A DNA stretch of 64,000 nt. Origin: Mobula hypostoma (taxonomy: Eukaryota). How positions within the stretch are numbered: the stretch's first letter is position 1; the number at the start of each line of letters is the position of its first letter. A model generated the notes under the pieces. The model was not told the DNA's origin. It was given only the letters and a program-made list of their open reading frames with translations, and made no database searches. Where the stretch lies: positions 18,168,001 through 18,232,000 of the forward strand of contig NC_086097.1 in NCBI RefSeq assembly GCF_963921235.1, read 5' to 3'. This document shows positions 52,375 to 64,000 of this stretch, in pieces. Position numbers and translations under genes: made by a program.

Positions 52375-52640
52375 GAGACAGTTCTTCACTCAGGGTAGCG
52401 GCAAATGGCCAGACCTACCCAGCGGAGCTGAGGACACAAAGAGATGGTTCTCAACACAAGATAGCAGCAAATGGCCAGACCTACCTAGTGAAGGCGAGGA
52501 CACAGAGACAGTTCCCAACTCAATGTAGCGGCAAAGGGCTGGACCTACCTAACAAAGGTGAGGACGCAAAGAGATGGTTCCCAACTCAAGGTAGCGGCAA
52601 ACAACCGGACCTGCCTAGCGAAGGTGAGGACACAAAGCGA
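52375..52640. repeat. ~65-bp tandem repeat x4
   Basis: Units begin GAGA at ~52375, 52441, 52505, 52571; each contains TAGC(G/A)GCAAA...GACCT...GAGGAC. Confidence 0.8.
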
Positions 52641-54628
52641 TAACTCCAAACAATGACAGACTGTTCTTCACACAGCAAGGCCCCAGTCTTGCTCTGGCAG
52701 ATGAACTTGACAGCGTTACAGGCGAGGACGCAGGCAAGGTTTCAGGCAATGCTTCAGGCCAAGGTTGCAGGCAAGGCTTCAGAAGGAAGGGAAGGGAACA
52801 GTCCAGCCCATAAAGCTGAACCCATGAGCTATTTATGTAGCCAGCCCAAAATGAAAATCAGGTGCCTCAATTGAGGCACCCCAACAGAACAAGGGAAAAC
52901 TGGAAAACCTGGAATAAGGATCGGTGGACCAGACCATGAACCAGAATGCGGACTTCACGGACCGGACCATGACACAGGGAGCAGGAGTGATTACCATTGC
53001 TATTACAAAGGAAAAAGTTCCAGGCAACCTCAAAGGTCTTAAGGTGGGTAAGTCATGAGGACTAGATGGGCCACATCCCAGAGTTCTGAAAGAGGTTGCT
53101 GAAGAGATAGCAGATGTATTGATCATGATCTTTCAATAATCATTTGATTCTGGCATGGTTCCAGAGGACAGGAAAATTACAAATGCCACTCCACTCTTTA
53201 AGAAGGGAAGAAGCAAAAGAAAGGAAATTATAGGCCAGATAGCCTAACCTCAGTGGTTGGGAAAGTCTTGGAGTCCATTATTAAGGATGAGGTTTGGGGA
53301 GACTAATGATAAAATAAGTCAAAGTCAGCATGGTTTCTGTAAAGGGAAATCCTGCTTGACAAATCTTTGATGAAATAACAAGCAGGGTGTACAAGGGGGA
53401 GGCAGTGGATGTCGTTAACTTGGATTTTCAGAAGGCATTTGATAAGGTGCCACACATGGGGCTGCTTAACAAGGTAAAATCCCATGACATTACAGGAAAG
53501 CTATTAGCATGGATAAAGGAATGGTTAACAGGGTGACAGGCAGGAGGCAGTGAGTAGGAATAAAAGAGGCCTTTTCTGGTTGACTGGTAGTGACTAGTGG
53601 TGTTTCTCAGGGGTCAGTATTGGGACCACTACTTTTCACATTGTTTGTCAATGATTCAAAGCATGAAATTGATGGCTTTGTGGCAAAGTTTTCAGATGAT
53701 ACGAAGATAGGTGGAGGGGTAGGTAGTGCTGAGGAAGACATAGACAAATTGGAAGAATGGGCAAAAATGTCGCAGATGGAATACAGTGTTGGAAAATGTA
53801 TGATAACGCATTTTGGTAAAAGGATCAAAAGCGCAGACCATTATTTAATTGTGGAGAAAATTCAAACATCAGAGGTGCAAAGGGACTTGGGAGTCCTTGT
53901 GCAAGATTCCCAGAAAGTTAAGTTACAGGTTGAGTCTGTGGTGAAGAAGGCGTATGCAACGTTGGCATTTATTTAAAGGGGAATAGAATATAAAAACAAG
54001 GAGATAATGCTGAGGCTTTTTAAGACACTAGTCAGGCCACACTTGGAGTATTGTCAACAATTTTGTGACCCGTATCTCAGAAAGAATGTTTTTGCCATTG
54101 GACTGAGTCCAGAGGAGGTTCACAAGAATGATTCCGGGAATGAAGGAGTTAACATATGTGGTGCGTCTGGCATCTTTGGGCCTGCACTCACTGGAATTTT
54201 GAAGAATGCAGGGGAATCGCAGTGAAGCCTAACGAGTGTTGAAAGGACTAGATAAGGTGGATGTGGAGAGGATGTTTCCTCTGGTGGGGGTGTCAAGAGC
54301 TAGAGGGCACAGCCTCAAAACTGAAGGGCGACCTTTTAGAATAGAGGTAAAGAATATTTTTTCTTTAGCCAGAGAGTAGTGAATCTGTGGAATGCTCTGC
54401 CACAGACAGCTGTGGAGGCCAAGATTGTGGGTATATTTAAAACGAAAATTGATAGTTTCCTGATTGGTCAGAGCATCAAAGGTTAGGGCGAGAAAGCATG
54501 TGTATGGTTGAATGGGATCTGGGATCAACCATGATGGAATGGTGGAGCAGACTCGATGGGCTGAATGGCCTAATTCTGCTCCTCTGTCTTATGGTCTTAT
54601 TGTCTAAGACCTCCACTCAGACGATGGC

Positions 54629-55534
54629 CACTGGACAACAAAGGTTTTGCTGAATACTCTTGATAAACATCTTATGGATTTTGGGCTGATGATCATGATA
54701 ATCACCATGAAATTTCTCTATCACATACTATTTCTTTGAAATCACCTATATTTGTTATTTCAATTCATAATTCAAGTCAGAATAACTGATTCCAAAATTA
54801 AGGAAGGCATCTTTGTTGGTCTACAAATCAAACAAGTCATCAATGAAAGGCAATTCAAAGAATTGCACTTTTCTCATTGTTACCGTCAGGTAGGAGGTAC
54901 AGGAGCCTGAAGGCACACACTCAGAGATTCAGGAACAGCTGCTTCCCCTTTGCCATCCGATTCCTAAATGGACATTGAACCCGTGAACACTAGCTCACTT
55001 TTAAAATATATATTATTTTTGGTTTTGCAGGGTTTTTAATCTATTCATCATACATATACTGTAATTGATTTATTTATTCATTTATTTCTTCTGTATTATG
55101 AACTACTACTGCTAAGTTAACAAATTTCATGACAGATACCAGTGACAATAAATCCAATTCTGAACATCTCGTGGACCACAGAAAATTATATGGAAGGCAT
55201 TCAAGGACGTTGTTGAAAATTTTCTTGGCACTTACAGAGCACCAAACTATGTGCAGCCGGTTGACAACATGCTTCAAGCATACAAAACCATGAAGTGCAA
55301 CATGTCACTAAAGATTAATTTTCCGCATTCCCATTTAGACTTCTTCCCTGCAAATTTTGGCGCTGTCACTGACAAGATATGGGTGAAAGGTTTCACCAGG
55401 ACATTGCTGACTTGGAGAGATGGTATCAGGGCAACTGGAATCCATTAATGCTGGCTGATTATTGTCGGCACTTAAGCGAGAAGCCTCAGACATTGAGTAC
55501 AAACAAAACTTCGGAAAAAAATTGTGTCTACAGT
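54629..55534 (+). mobile_element. Chapaev3-like (CMC) DNA transposon remnant, interrupted by a Rex 3' end (54864-55163)
   Basis: KIKEGIFVGLQIKQVI and YKTMKCNMSLKINFPHSHLDFFPANFGAVTD; termini CACTGGACAACAA / TTGTGTCTACAGTA. Confidence 0.7.
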
Positions 55535-57364
55535 AACTTCTAATACCTTCCCTATGAGTTACTCTATATTAAACTAAATAACTTGGTTTCCTGTTTTCTT
55601 CCTCCATCCTTTTCTGTATTTCATTTGATCTGAGTAACATTTTCTGTTTTCCAATAAAATGGAGCCTCCATTGTGTCGGAGGAGTTTTGGAACATTCAAC
55701 CCATTGCATCCTCATTCTCACCAGTCACTCCTTTTAGATCCTGGACTGAAGTCCGTTAGGAGTAAGAGATTTATCAACTCACAGCTCAGTTTGCTCCATG
55801 CTACTGCCCTGGTGATTATCATTGTTCAGAATTCCTGCATCCAAACCAATTTCTGATTTACAGTTATTACTGGAGTGTTATTAAGTTCTCTAAAGTGCAA
55901 ACTGATACAAACTACCTGTTTAATTCATGTGCTATTTCCTTGGTTTCTAAAATCAATTCTCCAAACTGACATTTTGTTCAATCTTTTAAAATTACCTATA
56001 GAAACTCTTATTATCTGTTTTTAAATAATTTCTGGTTTCTTTTACCTCATATCTATATTTTTCCTTCCTTATTATTTTTAAGTAATTCTTTATGTTTTGT
56101 AGATTTTCTGCATGTCATCTGTTTTATTCTTTCTCATTTGGATGTGTCTACTCTGTATATTCTGAATGTTCTTTAAAAATATATATTTGATCTTTGTGCA
56201 TGTGTATCTGTGTAGTTTTGCTGTCATACAAGGTGCTGATAAGTTTTTGTTCTTTTGATTACTCATTGTGATGTATGTGCATGTGTTTATTCTAACAATG
56301 GGTAGTGCAGGGACAATGAGGTATTATAAAGGTACATGGAGAGTAGCTGGTGCCTTGTCTATTCATTTTCTTACAATAAGGATACTGAGGCTGGAAGCAA
56401 TAGCTAATTACTAAATGAATACAGCATCTGTTGAAACGGTAGTCCTCTTTCCTGGACAAGGACGAGTGTAAACGTTGATGTGGTCAAGTCTTGACAAGAC
56501 TAGAACAAAAAGAAGGGAGCTAAATACCACCAGAACAAAGCGATAATTAGCTGGAGCATGTGTGCTCACAAGCGCAATTGTTGAACCTGCTGAGCAGTCC
56601 GCCTGCGCAGGCGCATAGACGCCACAGCAGAGGCCGTGGGTGTGACAACTACCTTACACGTACAGTACGCATGTGCTATTCTCTCCTGACAATTAAGGCT
56701 AATCAATATATATTGTTTGGTGGTTAGTCAGATTGCACTGCTACTTTGGGACATCCCTGTTCTTCTTCAGAAGGAACACAAATGAGGAATGAGATTGCAA
56801 TTTCACTCAGGCACTGTGTGCAAAATATTCTAAAAGACTGTACTTTGAGCTGAGTCTGGGAGATGCTTTCATTGATAGATGAAACGCTATTTCTTGTGTT
56901 TAATGAGAACGGTGTACAAAGCCAAGGAAGGAGAGGGTCTGAGTCAGGATGGGTGGGGAATTAAATCGACAGACATGTGAAAGCTGAAGACAATGGCTGC
57001 AGGATGAATGGAGGCATTCAAACAGCATCCAGCTATTTTATTAGGCAATTCAATCCAAAGAAATGGCTCTTGTTAGATCGTAGTCTTAGTTATAGCTATC
57101 AATTTTTGCTTTTTCATGGCTAATAGGAACAAGAAATATGGGGAAGGGATAACGAACATCGGTGATGAGCCATGATTACAATGAATGGCAGAGTAGATAT
57201 GAAATGCCGAATGGCCAGCTGGTTTCAACATTGGTTTTATGTTGCTACCAGTCAGGCAAATGAGATGATAAAGAAGAAGGTCACTTGGCTTGTTGAATCC
57301 TTGCCCATTTCCACTAGAGCATAGAGTCATGTATGCCATATCCAAAGAACGTTACATATGCTGT

Positions 57365-57933
57365 CAGTCCCCACTTTTTAGTTACCTCCTGTACCTAATA
57401 AAGTAGCCACTGACTGTATGTTTGTGGTCTTCTGCTGCTATAGCCCATCCACTTCAAGGTTTTTGATGTGTTGTGTGTTCAGAGATGCTTTTCTGCACAC
57501 CACTATCGTAGATTGGTTATCTGAGTTCCTGTCACCTTCCTGCTAGCTTGAACCAGTCTGGCCATTCTCCTCTGACCTCTCTCATTAACAAGGCACTTTC
57601 ACCTACAGAGCTGCTGCTCATTAGATGTCTTTGTTTTATATTTTGCACCATTCCCTCTGAAAACACTAGTGACTGATGTGCATGAAAGTCCTGGGAGATC
57701 CATAGTTCCTGAGATACTCAAACCACCCTGACTGGTACCAACAATCAAAGTCAAACATGGTCAAAGGCACTTGGATTACATTTCCTCCCTATTTTGATGT
57801 TTGATTTGAACAACAGCAGAACCTCTTGACCGTGCTTTTATACGTAAAGTTGCTGCCACTTGATTGGTTGATTAGATATTTGCATTAACGAGCAGGTGCA
57901 CAGATGTTCTTAATTAAATGACCACTGAGTGTA
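57365..57933 (-). mobile_element. Tc1-like non-autonomous element, second copy
   Basis: Reverse-complement homolog of 20600-21013; GTACCTAATAAAGTAGCCACTG and AAATGACCACTGAGTGTA ends. Confidence 0.75.
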
Positions 57934-58769
57934 CACAAATAAGTCTATGGTTTAGTGTTCATAAGATAGAACGGAGAAACAATAATTTAGCTTTGAAGAA
58001 TAGTAAGTCTGTGTCAGGCCAAGCTAAAATTGACATTAATTCAGACTCAGTTTTACGTTCATTCATCCAGTGAATTGTGAAATATAACAGCACAGGGGCA
58101 CAGTTGGCCATTTTTGTAACATGCACAGTACCATAAATTGTAAGGGAACTGGAAATGCCAACCATGTTCTGTCTAATAAGATCACAACACTTGTTCTGTT
58201 ATCTCAGTTCTCGGAGATCCTTCTATCTGAGCCAGCCTTGTGATGCACAAAGTTTTCATAAATGAGCTGAGCTACATTGTTCAGCTGCTGCAGAGGCTGT
58301 GGTATCAGTTACAAAGAGATTTCATTATTCGTACTGCCTTGGTGCCCAGAACGAACCTTCTTCAAGTTCAAGTTAATTGTCATTCAACCATACACGTGTA
58401 TACTGTCAAACAAAACAACTTTCCTCTGGACCAAGGTGCATATAACTCATGTGCAACACATAATGCAATATTAACACAAATAAATCAACAAATAGTAAGG
58501 TGCACTTATGACGCAACTTAAAAAGTAAACAGTATAATGCTACAGATGCTTCATACATAAAGAGATCTGGGTGGTGGCGGGGAGTTCGGTAGTCTCATGG
58601 CCTGGGACCCTTTCTTATGTAGAATTCTTGCTCTCCCACTAGTCTTTCTCTTTGTTCCCTACCATGTAAGGCCTTTTATTTTGGGGTGTATGTCTATGTT
58701 TGTCAGTACATGCGCGAGCATGCATGTGTGTAGCTGCACATGCTTCTGTGTGTGCATATGCGTATGAGC

Positions 58770-59258
58770 ACAAACACAGGAAATTCTGCAGACTCTGGAA
58801 GTCCAGGGCAACACACATGAACTGTTCCTCAGCAGATCTGGCATCTACGAAAATGATTAAACAGTTGACGTTTCTGGCCGAGACTCTTCATCAGGACTGG
58901 AAAGGAAAGGAGAAGAAGCCAAAATAAGAAGGTTTGGGGAGGGGAAGAGGTACAAGCTGGCAGGTGATAGGTGAAATCAGGTGATGGGGAAAGTGAGTGG
59001 GTGGGGGAGGAGTATGAAATGAGAAGCTGGGCAATGATAGGTGGAAGTAGTAAAAGGCTGAAGAAGAATGAATCTGATAGGTGAGGAGAATGGACCGTGG
59101 AAGAAAGGGCAGAAGGAAGGGGAACCAGCGGAAGGTGATGTGCAGGTGAAGAGGAGAGAAGGGGTAAGAAGGGAGCCACAATGGAAAATGGAGAAAGAGA
59201 AGGGGGCAGGAGGGAACAATTTCCAGAAATTAGAGAAATCAATGTTCATTCTGTCAGG
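58770..59258 (-). mobile_element. Penelope-like element 3' fragment
   Basis: Reverse complement of 40200-40575-type sequence (MNIDFSNFW at element ORF end). Confidence 0.8.
58862..58899 (-). ncRNA. Minimal hammerhead ribozyme motif, core intact
   Basis: Minus strand CAGTC-CTGATGA-AGAGTCTCGGCCA-GAAA-CGTC-AACTG. Confidence 0.65.
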
Positions 59259-60024
59259 CTGTTTACATACATATATTAGTTCAAGATCAGATGTAACTAA
59301 AGCATAAATGTAACAGCAACTATTGCCTCCTCCTTGTGGATGTCAGCTTTGAATCCATAGCTGTAAAGATTGGTATCCAAAGCTGCTCAGTATCAATCCA
59401 GTCATGGAGTATGCACGTTAGTAGCAATAAGGCACAAAAAGATTTATTTGCTGATAAGCGGCATTGCAAGGTGATGGAGAGGAATAATGGCCATCACAAA
59501 CTCAAAGGCAACTCACATTAAACAGTGGGCTCAGAAAAGCAGAACAGGTTATAAATGTGCTCTCGTTGATGCAGACTCTCTGAAACAGAATGTTTGATTT
59601 TAAGGTAAATGTAAGCAGATGGAAAAAACAGCCCAAACCACCTCAAAAGGCTTATTAAAACCATAGAATGGCTGTAGCACAGAGGAGACCATTCAACTCA
59701 TTGGAAAATAGAAAATTACAGCACAGTACAGGCCCTTCGACCCACAATGCTGCTCTGACCTAACCAATTCTAAGATCAATCTAAACCTTCTCCCCAGTAT
59801 TGCCTTCCATTTTTCTATCATGCCAATGTAAAAGTGTCTTAGGTGCCCCTTAGTCTCTCTGCCAGGGTAATTCTACTGTCAACGCCTGTCCATCTCCCTA
59901 CCGCAAGCATTCCCAAACTGTGGTCTACAGACCCATTGCTTAATGATATTGGTTGTGGCATTAGAAAGGTTAGGAATACCTTGCAAACATAATTTGACCA
60001 ATTTCTTCTCACTTCTTACCACAC

Positions 60025-60440
60025 ATTATTCCTGCTGGTATTTAGGGCAGCACTGAAGGTCCTTCATCTCTGTCTGTCCTTGGCCATTTGGTCTTGATGT
60101 TGTTCAGGCCTTCTTTCATCACGCCAGTTGCTTCTGCTCAGTTTTCACTACTGTCAGCTGCGCAAGACCCGGATGGAAACTCAGGAATACAGACCTAGAA
60201 GGATTCTTCGTTGCTATTTATGTAACAATTTCGTTTGACCAGTTTGGGTTGTTAGCTCTGAGCTGAACCCCCTGAACCTGGAGGACCGATGGACCTCTCT
60301 TAGTCTGTCCTCTATCCTTTGACCTGTTTGACATGGGTGACCCTACCAGGAGCCAAAGCCTTGACTCCATGCAGCATAGCTCTCTTGGTCAATGAGGTAC
60401 ACAAGCCCCCAATCCATGACAATGTCGTGGTCGTCCTGTA
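60025..60440 (-). mobile_element. Bipartite RTE-derived non-autonomous element (5'UTR and 3' end)
   Basis: Minus strand TTGTCATGGATTGGGGGCTTGTG...CTGGTAGGGTCACCCATG; 3' GCTGCCCTAAATACCAGCAGGAATAAT. Confidence 0.65.
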
Positions 60441-60453
60441 TGATCCAATTTTT

Positions 60454-61152
60454 TAGATTATGAAGACACATGTAGTCCTCTTTTACTGTCATTTAGTAAA
60501 GCATGCATTAAGAAATGATACAATATTCCTCAGGTGTGATATCACAAAACACAGGACAGACCAAGACTGAAAAAACTGACAAAACCACATAAGTATAACA
60601 TATAGTTACAACAGTGTAACAATACCATAACTTGATGAAGAAGTCCATGAGCACAGTAAAGTTCAAAGTTTCTCAAATGTCCCACATCTCACGCAGACGG
60701 GAGAAGGAAGAAAAACTCTCCCTGCCATGCCGACCACAATCCGACTCTGAATCATCGGAAAACTTTGAGCTCTGATCAGCTCTCCGACACTGAGTACGGA
60801 GCGGCATCTCTGTCCTAATGATTTGACCTCCTTCTCGGTTGCCAAAAGCAGGCAAGGCCGGGGATTTTGAGGCCCACCCTCCGAAAGATTCCCGACCACG
60901 CAGTAACAACAAAGTTTCTCAAATGTCCCACATCTCACGCAGACGGGAGAAGGAAGAAAAACTCTCCCTGCCATGCCGACCACAATCCGACTCGAATAAG
61001 CGTTTCAGAAATTTCTCCAGATGTTCCTCTGCGCTTTCACGTCCTTCTCCATCAAATCAGAATTGTCCACGGCCCCTATTTAACAGATACGACATCATTT
61101 TCCACCGGAGGGCTGCGCATGCGCGGGCGCGCTGCCATCTTCTCCTACCGCC
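60454..61152 (-). mobile_element. ORF-less retroposon, copy 3, with internal duplication
   Basis: Minus strand GGAGAAGATGGCAGCG start; ~83-bp block at ~60660-60747 repeated at ~60911-60993. Confidence 0.8.
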
Positions 61153-61823
61153 TTTACTATACAAACATTAAAATGGAACCTACTTTCACCACATTTCAGG
61201 CAGCACGCTACTGATTTTGTAGATTGTTGATTTTGTCGCTTACTAATGAAACTTGGCTAAATCTCTCACTAACTTTACATGAAGAATCAAAGTTATTTTT
61301 AGGAATTAGCACAGATAGCAAGAATAAGCAGAGCTATTAAATTTCAACCCTCCTTTATCTCATTTGACATTTTCAGTACAGCAGAACGAGTCCAGCCTTT
61401 AATGGAGAGGTACCCTATTATGTGTAGTGAGTTTTTTTTTCCTTGTGTGAATTACAAATGTGATGAGATGGGATTCTGGTCTTTTCTCTGCAGGCATCAG
61501 GCTGGGACTGACTATTTGAAACACTTGTACGTACTCATTAACTGACAGAATCTCATTAAGATAAAACCGTTATTATCAAATCATACTGAGAGCCCCATGC
61601 AGTGAATTGAACAGTACAAAAGTCAATATATCATTGGTGAGATTAGGTTTAGAAAAGTGTAGTTTTATGAGTCTAATTTTAAAGAGATGTCTTGGTTTGG
61701 AGGGAGCACAGAGGTGATCAAGATCCTTGGAGGCTTCTCTGAGGATAACATGCCCAGAAAGGCAGAGGGGTGTAAAGTATGGAAAGTGTCTGATTCCCTA
61801 GAACTCATTTACTTACTTTGAGC

Positions 61824-63626
61824 GAAACCATAGAAACCACAGCACAGAAACAGGCCTTTTGGCCCTTCTTGGCTGTGCCGAACCATTTTCTGCCTAGTTC
61901 CACTGACCTGCACACGGACCATATCCCTCCATACACCTCCCATCCATGTATCTGTCCAATTTATTCTTAAATGTTAAAAAAGAACCCGCATTTAACACCT
62001 CGTCTGGCAGCACATTCCATACTCCCACCACTCTCTGTGTGAAGAAGCCCCCCCAATGTTCCCTTTAAACTTTTCCACCCTCACCCTAAGCCCATGTCCT
62101 CTGGTTTTTTTCTCCCCTTGCCTCAGTGGAAAAAGCCTGCTTGCATTCACTCTATCTATACCCATCATAATTTTATATACCTCTATCAAATCTCCCCTCA
62201 TTCTTCTACGCTCCAGGGAATAAAGTCCTAACCTATTCAACCTTTCTCTGTAACTGAGTTTCTCAAGTCCCGGCAACATCCTTGTAAACCTTCTCTGCAC
62301 TCTTTCAACCTTATTTACATCCTTCCTGTAATTTGGTGACCAAAACTGAACACAATACTCCAGATTCGGCCTCACCAATGCCTCATACAACCTCATCATA
62401 ACATTCCAGCTCTTATACTCAATACTTTGATTATTAAAGGCTAATGTACCAAAAGCTCTCTTTACGACCTGTGACCTGTGACGCCACTTTTAGGGAATCT
62501 TGTATCTGTATTCCCAGATCCCTCTGTTCCACTGCACTCCTCAGTGCTTTACCATTAACTCTGTATGTTCTACGTTGGTTTGCCCTTCCAACGTGCAATA
62601 CCTCACACTTGTCAGTATTAAACTCCATCTGCCATTTTTCAGCCCATTTTTCCAGATGGTCCAAGTCCCTCTGCAGGCTCTGAAAACCTTCCTCGCTGTC
62701 TACTACACCTCCAATCTTTGTATCATTAGCAAACTTGCTGATCCAATTTACCACATTATCATCCAGATCATTGATATAAATTACAAATAACAATGGACCC
62801 AGCACTGATCCCTGTGGCACACCACTAGTCACAGGCCTCCACTCAGAGAAGCAATTCTCTACCACCACTCTCTGGCTTCTTCCATCGAGCCAATATCTAA
62901 TCCAATTTACCACCTCTCCATGTATACCTAGTGACTGAATTTTCCTAACTAACCTCCCATGCGGGACCTTGTCAAAGGCCTTACTGAAGTCCATGTAGAC
63001 AATATCCACTGCCTTCCCTTCATCCACTTTCCTGGTAACCTCCTCGAAAAACTCCAATAGATTGGTCAAACATGATACCACGCACAAAGCCATGTTGACT
63101 CTCCCTAATAAGTCCCAGTCTATCCAAATGCTTGTAGATTCTGTCTCTTAGTATTCCCTCCAATAACTTACCTACTACCGACGTTAAACTTACTGGCCTA
63201 TAATTTCCCGGATTACTTTTCGATCCTTTTTTAAACAATGGAACAACATGAGCCACTCTCCAATCCTCTGGCACTTCACCCGTAGACAGCGACATTTTAA
63301 ATATTTCAGCTAGGGCCCCTGCAATTTCAACACTAGTCTCCTTCAAGGTCCGAGGGAACACCCTGTCAGGTCCTGGGGATTTATCCACTTTAATTTTCCT
63401 CAAGACAACAAGGACCTCCTCCTTTTCGATCTGTACAGTTTCCATGATCTCACTACTTGTTTCCCTTAATTCCATAGACTTCATGCCAGTTTCCTTAGTA
63501 AACACAGATGCAAAAAACCTATTTATGATCTCCCCCATTTCCTTTGGTTCCGCACATAGCCGACCACTCTGATCTTCAAGAGGACCAATTTTATCCCTTA
63601 CAATCCTTTTGCTCTTAATATACCTG
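61824..63626 (-). mobile_element. Young CR1/HER1-type LINE, 5'-truncated, few disruptions
   Basis: ORFs 63020-63538, 62434-63093 ([37 protein letters not shown]), 61992-62399; (TTTCTATGG)-type tail. Confidence 0.92.
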
Positions 63627-64000
63627 AATATAGCATGAAGTCAAAGTGAATTTATCATCAAAGTACATACATGCATCATATACAACCTGAGATTCATTGT
63701 CCTGCAGGCATTTATAGGAAAATAAAGAAATACCGTAGACTTTATGAAAACTGTACGTAAAAACTGACAAACAAACAATGTGCAAAAGAAGGCAGATTGT
63801 GAAATAAAAAAATTAGTCCTGAGGACATGAATTGTAAGTGGCTTGAAAGTGAGTCTATAGGTTGTGGAATCAGTTTAGAGTTGAGGTGAGTGAAGTTATC
63901 CACGTTGGTTCAGGAGCCTGATGCTTAAAGGGTAATTACTGTTCCAGACAACACAGACAAAATGCTGGAGCAACTCAGCAGGCCAGGCAACATTGATAGA

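Larger units (their letters stand above)
51057..52974 (-). mobile_element. Long solo-LTR-like element with internal minisatellites
   Basis: TGTCAT...ATGACA termini; flanks CAAGG/CAGGG; host CR1 continuous across it; strand tentative. Confidence 0.7.
50305..54606 (+). mobile_element. CR1 LINE ORF2 (endonuclease to 3' end) split by an LTR element
   Basis: IVMGNFNMQGDW...[29 protein letters not shown]...KFSDDT; RPHLEYCQQF; CTTATGGTCTTAT tail. Confidence 0.9.

Noticed and set aside
52375..52640. CRISPR-like periodicity (~65 bp)
   Set aside because: Whole units are homologous with no unique spacers; eukaryotic context and no cas genes.
55900..56300. T-rich tract as a functional element
   Set aside because: Looks like low-complexity or heavily decayed LINE sequence; no discernible structure.
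1..64000. ORF-track entries as host genes
   Set aside because: Those with recognisable motifs are broken TE proteins; the rest are short, low-complexity or antisense to repeats; no consistent exon chain or convincing splice sites seen.

Overview
Vertebrate, repeat-dominated non-coding DNA: a gene desert or very large intron. The repeat inventory (CR1/HER1-type LINEs with an esterase ORF1, V-SINE/HE1-type SINEs, Rex1/Babar LINEs, Penelope-like elements) suggests a cartilaginous fish, probably a ray; this is inference. I found no host protein-coding exon, rRNA, true tRNA or CRISPR array, and every recognisable ORF is a decayed transposon fragment. Also present are RTE-related SINEs, an L1 3' end, two solo-LTR-like elements, a chromovirus remnant, and Tc1, mariner, hAT and Chapaev3-like DNA elements, often nested. 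Most interesting signals: (1) a dispersed family of minimal hammerhead-ribozyme motifs (consensus CAGTC-CTGATGA-AGGGTCTCGGCCC-GAAA-CGTC-GACTG) in Penelope terminal repeats, including a pair bracketing a 2-kb Penelope ORF; (2) two pairs of anciently duplicated, non-TE-looking, homeobox-motif-rich blocks; (3) a ~630-bp ORF-less retroposon family starting AAGATGGC; (4) a 600-bp nested palindrome built from mariner right ends. Coordinates were read by eye; edges of decayed repeats are approximate (tens of bp).
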